Below are positions 53,930 through 64,000 of a stretch of 64,000 nt of DNA, one piece after another. The stretch spans positions 1,860,001 to 1,924,000 of the forward strand of contig OZ024760.1 in the NCBI GenBank assembly GCA_964016885.1, read 5' to 3'. How positions within the stretch are numbered: position 1 is the stretch's first letter; the number at the start of each line of letters is the position of its first letter. This stretch comes from Eledone cirrhosa (Eukaryota). Made by a program: the position numbers and the translations under genes. The notes beneath the pieces were generated by a model, which was given only the letters and a program-made list of their open reading frames with translations, did not search any database and was not told the DNA's origin.

Positions 53930-54252
53930 ATCATCATCATCATCATCACATGCTTGCAAGGGTGGGACGAGAACTGATTCTGGCTTGATTTCTACAGCTG
54001 GATGCCCTTCCTAACACCAACCTCATTTACAGTAAGTGCTGGGTGCTTTTATGCCGTGGCACCTACACGACCACTTTGCAGTGGAATGATAGGGACCCCA
54101 GTCCCTATCATCTCATTTCTACAGCTGAGTAAACTGGAGCAATGTGAAATAAAGTGTCTTGCTCAAGGAAACAACACATCACCCGGTCTGAGAATTGAAC
54201 TCACAACCTTTCGATTGCAAGGCCAATGCTCTAACCACTAAGCCATGTGCCT
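53930..54252 (-). mobile_element. SINE family 1, LINE B tail
   Basis: Reverse complement of 57756-58060. Confidence 0.9.
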
Positions 54253-54469
54253 ATATATATATCCTGAATATATATATATCCTGAGTTCGTTTTTTTTTTG
54301 TCGCTTTGGTCACTGTGGTCCACCTATTGGCCGCTGTCTTCAATTTGCAAAGCTGTCTAAACGTAATGTTATAACTCTAGGGTTATATACCCTATTGAGT
54401 GCTTAGCTGCACACCCCGACTGCATTCGTTAGCTTGCAACCAGAGCTTCGATGATGCTGTACTAAATTT

Positions 54470-54530
<61 letters not shown>

Positions 54531-54533
<3 letters not shown>

Positions 54534-54685
54534 ATCAAAAGATGGTTAAAAGAGTTCCATGTATTTTATTATGCGCATTTCAAAAACAAATATCATCATG
54601 CAATAACATTTGTGTTTTCATCAGATAAAATAGGAAGACATGATATGAAGGTTAAAAAACACTTGTGAATAGTGCAGTTTTAAAT

Positions 54686-54691
<6 letters not shown>
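54531..54691 (-). mobile_element. ~160-bp hammerhead-bearing element in (TA)n; further copies at 55029-55210, 60321-60473 and 60479-60640
   Basis: Minus strand TATTTTAT-CTGATGA-stem II-GAAAT-GCGC-ATA-ATAAAATA. Confidence 0.75.
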
Positions 54692-54748
<57 letters not shown>

Positions 54749-54751
<3 letters not shown>

Positions 54752-54962
54752 GGTGTTTTAAAAAAATTTAATATCATTTGAGATGTAAATATCCCAGAAA
54801 CTACAAGGTCTAGGGCAACGAGACTAAGCAGGCTCCATGTTGAGTAACACAAGATTTATTCCTCAAAACATGTCCATGTTATAACATTAATTCACAATAT
54901 ATATTTCAATGTGACAAACTTGGGGAAAAGGCCATTGATATCAAATATTTACAAACACCCTG
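54749..54962. mobile_element. MITE with CAGGGTGTTT termini (Tc1/mariner-type)
   Basis: TA|CAGGGTGTTT...AAACACCCTG|TA; same terminal octamer as the DD41D element. Confidence 0.75.
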
Positions 54963-55242
54963 TATATATATATATTTTTTTTTTGTACTGTTGACCATGT
55001 TATTCTTCACATTTTTTCAATTATATATATATATATATATATATAATATAAGATCAAAAGATGGTTAAAGGAGTTCCATATATTTTATTATGCGCATTTC
55101 AAAAACAAACATCATCAAACAATAATATTTGCGTTTTCATCAGATAAAACAGGAGAACATGATATGAAGGCTAAAAAACACTTGTTGATAGTGCAGTTTT
55201 AAATCAACATATATATATATATATATATGCCATATATATATA

Positions 55243-55517
55243 TGGCCTAGTGGTAAGGGTGTTAGACTTACGATCATAATGTCGTGGATTCGATTCCTGG
55301 GTTGTGTGTTGTGTTCTTGAGAAAAACACTTCATTTCATGTTGCTCCAGTATACTCAGCTGAAAATGAGTACCAGCAATAGCTGGGGGTTTAACGCTGAA
55401 ATGGACTGGCGTCCTATCCAGTGGGGTGTCTTGTACTCTCAGTCACTTCACGCCATGAAACCAAGATAAGCACCAGCCAAATAAGCCTTCTGGCTTAAGA
55501 CAGACTTTAGACTTTTA
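55243..55517 (+). mobile_element. tRNA-derived SINE (family 3): family-1-like central domain, different 3' half
   Basis: A box TGGCCTAGTGG, B box GGATTCGATTCC, TTGCTCCAG..ACTCAGCTG, then ATGGACTGGCGTCCTATCCAG and (AGACTTT)n tail. Confidence 0.75.
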
Positions 55518-55539
55518 GAAATATATACATATATTTCTT

Positions 55540-55724
55540 ATTAGAGCTCCCATCAGTCAATAACGACCATGGTTTTGCACCTAGAATGTTTCTCTTTGAG
55601 GCACAAGTCCGGGCAAGGTTTGTTTGTGCCTTGCTAAAGGACACAATGCTTTACCCAGTCTGAGAATCGAACTCAAAACCTCTCAGTTGCAAGCCCAATG
55701 TTCTAACCACTAAGCCTTGCACCT
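55540..55724 (-). mobile_element. tRNA-derived SINE fragment with family-1-like head
   Basis: Minus strand GGCTTAGTGGTTAGAACATTGG...GAGTTCGATTCTCAGAC. Confidence 0.65.
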
Positions 55725-55737
55725 TCAGACACACATA

Positions 55738-55920
55738 TGAAAAGTTTCAGGGCCCCAACAGCTGAGCTCCTGCCGTTTCGACAGCTAGATCTAGCTGTTG
55801 AAACAGCTGGAGCTCAGCTGTCGGGGTCTTGAAACTTTTCCTATTACCCACACTAATACCCCAAGTATCCAGTATTCTGGTGGGTTATGGTCTAGCTGGT
55901 TTTTACCACACCCTATCTGA
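55738..55920 (+). mobile_element. Fold-back half-hammerhead element related to 22631-22824
   Basis: Inverted arms centred on CTAGATCTAG; GAAAC-AGCT-ggagctc-AGCT-GTC-GGGGTC. Confidence 0.65.
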
Positions 55921-55924
55921 TATA

Positions 55925-55964
<40 letters not shown>

Positions 55965-55986
55965 CATACATATATATATATATATT

Positions 55987-56064
<78 letters not shown>

Positions 56065-56109
56065 CATATATACACATACATATATATATACATATATATA
56101 TATACATAT

Positions 56110-56160
<51 letters not shown>

Positions 56161-56267
56161 CATACATATATATATATATATTTACATACATATATATATA
56201 TACATACATATATTTATATATATTTACATACATATATATATATACATACATATATTTATATATATAC

Positions 56268-56318
<51 letters not shown>

Positions 56319-56485
56319 TATGAATAATGGTGCAGTGTAGTTTGGTGTGGGTGGTTATGGTAGGTGAGGGTGAGGGAGGGTGATGGTGAGGGAGGGTGAT
56401 GGTGGTGATAAGATAAAGTTTTGTAAATGGATGAAAAAAACAAGAAAAAATGTTTAGATAGGAATGGTTCATATATATATATATT

Positions 56486-56531
<46 letters not shown>

Positions 56532-56679
56532 AATATGTGTATGCATATATATATATATACGTATGTATGTATATATACATATATATATTTATATTATGTA
56601 TGTATATATACATATATATATACGTATGTATGTATATATACATATATATATATTATGTATGTATGTATATATACATCTA

Positions 56680-56740
<61 letters not shown>

Positions 56741-56750
56741 TATATAGATA

Positions 56751-56796
<46 letters not shown>

Positions 56797-56948
56797 AATA
56801 TGTGTATGCATATATATATATATATACGTACGTATGTATATATACATATATATATTTATATTATGTATGTATGTACATATACATATATATATGTATGTAT
56901 GTATATATACATATATATATATTATGTATGTATGTATATATACATATA

Positions 56949-57009
<61 letters not shown>

Positions 57010-57031
57010 TATATAGATATATATATGTGTG

Positions 57032-57066
<35 letters not shown>

Positions 57067-57394
57067 AGATTGCTAACTAAATAGATAGAGGGAGAGAGAG
57101 ATAGGGTGGGTTGTCATGGTAATTTTACTCAATACTTTGACTGACAGCTGAATAAATATTGTCCACCAGCAACAACAAAAAAAAAACAACAACAAAAATA
57201 AAAATAAAAATAAAATATAAAAAAAATAATTTAGAAATGACCAATTAAGTTAAAGATGAAATTTGGGGGTGGTGCTTTATATATTTATTTTTGTTGTATT
57301 TTCCATTTGTTTATTTATTTATATTAATAGTTCAATCTTTCAAAAACCCCCAGCTGCCCAAATAATAATAATAACAATAATAATAATAATAATA

Positions 57395-57750
57395 GTGGAG
57401 ATAGGAAAGAAACAATCTACCACATAGTCTCTGGATACCCAGCTTTAGTCAAAAAGGAATATATTCACAGGCATGATAGAGTTGGGACTTTCATACACTG
57501 GAAGTTATGCTAGCATTATGAAATACCAACAGATATTATAGTCGAAGACCACAAAGAAAAAAAAATGCCTACTAATAGATGTATCTATCCCCAGAAACTC
57601 TCCAAATATAAAGATCTAGAGATAGAAATAACTCGAATGGGGAAAATGAAAACAGAAACAATACCTATAATAATAGGTGCTCTAGGAATGATTAAAACAC
57701 ACACACACAAATACATAGCCAAAACCCCTGGACTTACAAATATATATAGA
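57395..57750 (+). pseudogene. R4/Dong-like non-LTR fragment (zinc knuckle plus restriction-like endonuclease), internally deleted
   Basis: ETIYHIVSGYPALVKKEYIHRHDRVGTFIHWKLC*, DIIVEDH..CLLIDVSIP, KLSKYKDLEIEITRM...IPIIIGALGMI; preceded by (AAT)n. Confidence 0.8.
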
Positions 57751-57755
57751 GTAAT

Positions 57756-58092
57756 GGAGGCACATGGCTTAGTGGTTAGAGCATTGGCCTTGCAATCGAA
57801 AGGTTGTGAGTTCAATTCTCAGACCGGGTGATGTGTTGTTTCCTAGACCAAGACACTTTATTTCACATTGCTCCAGTTTACTCAGCTGTAGAAATGAGAT
57901 GATAGGGACTGGGGTCCCTATCATTCCACTGCAAAGTGGTTGTGGAGGTGCCACGGCAAAAAAGCACCCAGCACTCACTGTAAATGAGGTTGGTGTTAGG
58001 AAGGGCATCCAGCTGTAGAAATCAAGCCAGAATCAGTTCCCGTCTCACCCTTGCAAGCAGGGAAAAAGCGGACGTAAAATGAAATGATGATA
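57756..58092 (+). mobile_element. SINE family 1, LINE B tail, full length; truncated copy at 59027-59305
   Basis: A/B boxes, central domain, CCCTTGCAAGCAGGG...GGACGTAAAATGAAATGAT tail. Confidence 0.9.
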
Positions 58093-58112
58093 ATGTAAAT
58101 GCTAAAGAAACC

Positions 58113-58388
58113 ACAAATAAATATCTGAGAAACCTCCTATGAGATATAACTTCTTAGGTGGCCAGCTAAACCTACATAGATACAAACTGTAATGATTATA
58201 CCAACATAATAAGGACTGGGGTTCTTATTAAAATACCTGAGAAAACTTGAATAAATAAATACTTGAAAAACCTCCTACGAGATGTAACTTCATAGAAGGC
58301 CAGCTAAACCTACATAGGTGAAAACTGTAATGACAATACAAACTAGGGATCTTATCATTAAAATACCTGAGAAATCTCGAATGAAATG
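58113..58388. repeat. Degenerate tandem duplication, ~139-bp period
   Basis: AAACCTCCTA.GAGAT.TAACTTC...GGCCAGCTAAACCTACATAG...TTAAAATACCTGAGAAA occurs twice. Confidence 0.85.
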
Positions 58389-59547
58389 CAAACTCATCAG
58401 AGGTCAGTTACACCTATATAGGTGTGAGCTGCAAATTTCGTTTTATTTTATAGTATTTTTTTTTTTAAGTTATGCAAGATCACCTGGCCACACCTGTTGG
58501 CTCAAATATTCACGTCAAATTAACTTTGGGGTGACATGTCACCATGAAAATGTCAAAGATGTTAGGTTGACCTGTGTAATATGCAATATTGCAACAACAT
58601 CTAGATTCGAAATTGGTATGCATATGCATATATGCATGTGCACTCACTCATTGATGGGAACAGAGAGAGAGTAGAGAGAGAGGGAGAGAGTGAGTGAGAG
58701 AGAGAGGGAGAGAGTGAGTGAGAGAGAGAGAGAGTGAGTGAGTGAGTGAGTGACAGAGTGAGTGAGTGAAAGTGAGAGAGAGTGAGTGAGTGAAAGTGAG
58801 AGAAAATGAGTGAGTGAGAGAGAGAGAGTTAGTGAATGAGAGAGAGTGAGTGAGAGGGTAAGTGAGTGAGTGAGAGAGAGAGAGTGTGAGTGAGAGAGAG
58901 AGAGTGTGAGAGAGAGAGAGAGAAATATACATTGTTGGCTAAGATGGACAGGTAAAAAGAAGATGGATAGTGAGATAGAACTGCATCTCTATATATTTTC
59001 TCTCTGATTCTAATGCTATATATATATAGACCGGGTGATGTGTTGTTTCCTTGAGCAAGACACTTTATTTCACATTGCTCCAGTTTACTCAGCTGTAGAA
59101 ATGAGATGATAGGGACTGGGGTCCCTATCATTCCACTGCAAAGTGGTCGTGGAGGTGCCACGGCAAAAAAGCACCCAGCACTCACTGTAAATGAGGTTGG
59201 TGTTAGGAAGGACATCCAGCTGTAGAAATCAAGCCAGAATCAGTTCCCGTCCCACCCTTGCAAGCAGGGAAAAGCGGACGTAAAATGAAATGATGATGAT
59301 GATGATATATATATAATAATAATAATAATAATTGTTTCTACTTTTGGCACAAGGCCAGCAATTATTCCAGTGTATTACTGGTACTTTATTTTATCAACCC
59401 CGTAAGGATGAAAGGCAAAGTTAACCTAGGCGGGATTTGAACTCAGAATGGCAAGGGCCGTAACTCTATGCATCAAAGCATGGCGTCCAACGCTCTACCG
59501 ATACTGCCAAAATAATAATAAAATGTGGAGAGGAAGCACACGAGTTA

Positions 59548-59614
<67 letters not shown>

Positions 59615-59618
<4 letters not shown>

Positions 59619-59898
59619 AACAGGGAGAAAGAGACGATTATTAGGAAGAAAAATATTTTTTTTTCCTTTTTTGTTTCTCTCTCTCTTTTTTCTGGGTTAG
59701 ACAATTATTAAATATATAAATAGATAAATAAATACCATTGTTAAATAATAAATAAATCAACTAATACCTTAACACTTCACACAAAGTGAAACATTTCGTT
59801 TTAATCATTTTCTAACCCAGAAAAAAGAGAGAGAGAAACAAAAAAGGAAAAAAATATATTTTTCTTCCTAATAATCGTCTCTTTTTCCTTGTTTTCAT
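59615..59898. repeat. Inverted repeat, ~90-bp arms and ~95-bp spacer, within (TA)n
   Basis: 59615-59707 is approximately the reverse complement of 59802-59898. Confidence 0.9.
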
Positions 59899-59907
59899 AT
59901 ATATATA

Positions 59908-59960
<53 letters not shown>

Positions 59961-60166
59961 ATATATATATATATATAAACACATATATATATATATATAC
60001 ATACACACACACCCACCCACACATATATATATACATACAGACACATATATATACATATACACACACATATATTTATATATATATATAAAGAGAGAGAGAG
60101 AGAGAGAGAAACACACACACACAAATATACACTCACAAATATATATATATATATACACACACACAC

Positions 60167-60197
<31 letters not shown>

Positions 60198-60537
60198 CAT
60201 ACATATATATAAATATATATATATATATATATCGTTTCTGAATTTGTTTAGCAAGATTCTTTATCTGAAAATATATACATACACATATATATATACACAC
60301 ACACATATATATATATATATAAGATCAAAAGATGGTTAAATGAGTTCCATGTATTTTATTATGCGCATTTCAAAAACAGATATCATCATGCAATAACATT
60401 TGTGTTTTCATCAGATAAAATAGGAGGACATGATATGAAGGTTAAAAACACACCTTGTGGATAGTTCAGTTTTATGATATGTTGATTTAAAACTGCATTA
60501 TCCACAAGTGTTTTTTAACCTTCATATCATGTCCTCC

Positions 60538-60608
60538 TATTTTATCTGATGAAAACACAAATGTTATTGCATGATGATATTTGTTTTTGAAATGCGCATA
60601 GTAAAATA
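60538..60608 (+). ncRNA. Type I hammerhead ribozyme motif (best-formed example)
   Basis: Stem I TATTTTAT/GTAAAATA, CTGATGA 60546-60552, stem II 13 of 14 pairs, GAAA 60589-60592, stem III T-GCGC-A, cleavage triplet ATA 60598-60600. Confidence 0.8.
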
Positions 60609-60735
60609 CATGGAACTCATTTAACCATCTTTTGATCTTATATATTATGTATACTCCAGTGCTACAAAACTGTAGAGTGCTTCTTATCCGATATCTGCAT
60701 TGCTTTATTGTACTACAATAAAACTCACCTCCTAC

Positions 60736-60797
<62 letters not shown>

Positions 60798-61284
60798 AAG
60801 GAGGCCCCTTCCACCTTATTGATGAGGCTATTAAATGACAGTTTTAAAAGGACATAATTACATATCCATTGATGGGAAGGAGCTATTAAAAATAGAAACT
60901 CTTAATGGATTCCAGTTCATAGACACACAGATGCAGGATTTTACAGCCGTAATCAAATGTACATATATACACTCTCTTGTATGTGTATATATATATGTGT
61001 GTGTGTATGTGTGTATGTGTATGTGTGTGTGTATGTGAGTGTGTATGTGTGTGTGTACACAGTCATACTCATATTTATGTCTGTGTATATACATATATCT
61101 ATGTATATGTATGTATATATATATATATGTGTGTGTGTGCGTGTATATATGTGTGTGTGAGTGTGTGTGTATGTATGTATGTATGTATATATATATATAT
61201 ATATATTGTGTATATATATATATGCATATATATATATATGAATATATATATATATTAATAAATATATATATATGTATACATTAA

Positions 61285-61368
<84 letters not shown>

Positions 61369-61679
61369 CATTAATGAATATATATATATGTGTATAGATT
61401 AATGAATATATATATATATATATGTATAGATTAATGAATATATATATATGTATATATATATGTATTTACACATATATACATACATATGTGTGTATATAAG
61501 TGATTTATTGATTTTTTTTGTTTTTATTCTAAATTAACATTTAAAAGTGGTATGTGTGGGTGGAGGGTGGGGGATGGGGAGATAAATATAAATACAATTT
61601 ATTCATCATCATCATCAACATCAACATCAAGCCTACACCCAATATAACCACCACCACCATCATCATCATCATCAACATT

Positions 61680-61710
<31 letters not shown>

Positions 61711-62546
61711 ACATTACCACCACAACCATCATCATCAATGCTGCCACCATCCCCACCACCATCATCATTATCATCATCATCAATACTACTACCACAGCCA
61801 TCATCAGCATCAGTGCTGCCCGCCCAACCACCACCACCATCATCATCACCACCATCATCATCATCATCACCATTACCATCACCACCATCACCACCATCAT
61901 CACCACTACCACCACCACCATCATCACCACCACTACCACTACCACCTCCACCATCATCACCACCACCACCACCACCTCCACCATCATCACCACTACCACC
62001 ACCCACACACCATCACTACCACCATCATCACCACTACCACCACCACCATCATCATCACCACCACCACCACCTCCACCATCATCACCACTACCACCACCAC
62101 CTCCACCATCACCACCACCACCACCATCATCATCACCACTACCACCACCACCTCCACCATCATCACCACTACCACCACTACCACCATCATCACCACTACC
62201 ACCACCACCATCGTCACCACCATCACCACCACCACCACCATCATCACCACTATCATCACCACCACCATCATCATCACCACTACCACACCCACACACCACC
62301 ACCACCAACAACAACAACAACAACATCAACAGAAATGAAGAATAACTTACTAAAAGTGTCTTAATTAGATCCCCCCCCATCTTTACTAAATGGAATCTAA
62401 ATTTGAGTATCCTACCATTAAATATATTGAATTGGTATATATGTATGTAAGTGTGTATATATATATATATATACTGTATATATATATTTGTATATATATA
62501 TATACATGCACACATATATATATACACACATATATATATATATATC

Positions 62547-62577
<31 letters not shown>

Positions 62578-62969
62578 AAGTGTGCATGTGTGTATATACA
62601 AATATATATATATATACAAATACATTTATATATATATATGTGTGTGTATGTATATATATATATATATATACAAATACATTTATATTTATATATATATATA
62701 TATGTATGTATGCATGTATATATATATATATGTATGTGTGTGTGTATGAGTGAGTGTATATATATATATATATATGTGTGTATGTGTGTGTGTGTATGAG
62801 TGAGTGTATATATATATATATGCATAGATATACTGGAGTGTAGAAAAACAACAGTTGATATATACAATAAAAAGTAGCTCTTGTATAATTGATTTTAAGA
62901 GTTGAGACTCGAATAATAAAAAACATATATATATATATATACACACCCCTCCAATACACATACATAGAT

Positions 62970-63016
<47 letters not shown>

Positions 63017-63124
63017 TATACATACATATATATATATACAGACATACATATATATACACATATGTACACATTCAGTATAAATCCATATTCAGTATAAATA
63101 TGTATATATATAGGTATAAATGTT

Positions 63125-63209
<85 letters not shown>

Positions 63210-63326
63210 GTATGTATATACACACATATATCTATACACATACACATTCATACATATATTTATACATCCCTATTCATTATAAATATGTATATATATAAAT
63301 AGGTATATTTGTGTGTATATACACAC

Positions 63327-63362
<36 letters not shown>

Positions 63363-64000
63363 GTATACACAGCCATATTTATACATACATACATTCATAC
63401 ATATATATATGTGTACACACACACACATATATATACACATATACACACACATATATATATGTATATATATGTATAACTGTGTCAAAGATCAAAGAATAAG
63501 GAGCTATGGGTTTTAAAATTACAAGAGTCCCCTTGGTTCTCTAAAAGTAAACATTTCCCTTGTTATGCCTCCAGCCTCTTCTTTCATACACACACACACA
63601 CACACACACAGATATACACACACTCACACACACAGATATATTCACACACACACACAGATATACACAAACACACACACAGATATACACACACTCACACACA
63701 CAGATATATACACACACACACACACAGATATACACACACTCACACACACACACAGATGTATACACACACTCACACACAGATATACACACAAATATGTGAG
63801 CACACACATACACACAGATGCATACACACACTCACACACAGATATACACATGAATATGTGAGCACATACATACACACGGATGCATACACACTCACACACA
63901 GATATACACACTAATATGTGAACACACACAGATGTATACACACACTCACACACAGATATACACACGAATATGATATATATAATATATATAATAAAACATA

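Overview
This is a repeat-saturated eukaryotic non-genic window (intergenic or deep intronic); no host protein-coding gene is supportable. The SINE families, RTE LINEs and extreme (TA)n/(CA)n/(GGT)n load suggest an octopus or other coleoid cephalopod genome (inference). Content: two related 5'-truncated RTE-clade LINEs with open reading frames and a C4HC3 PHD-like finger inside the RT domain; fragments of Tx1-like, R4/Dong-like and CRE-like non-LTR elements; a decayed DD41D (rosa-type) Tc1/mariner, two MITEs and a piggyBac-like element; many tRNA-derived SINEs with swapped 3' tails; and three minisatellite arrays (40, 48, 53 bp), two grown from a GNRA-hairpin unit of the RTE/SINE 3' UTR. The most striking unannotated signal is more than a dozen type I hammerhead-ribozyme motifs from at least six short element families. 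They mostly sit in (TA)n tracts, often as fold-backs, as expected for Penelope-like or retrozyme-type elements. Nearly all long ORFs in the supplied track are microsatellite artefacts. Coordinates were read by eye and ends may be off by a few bases.
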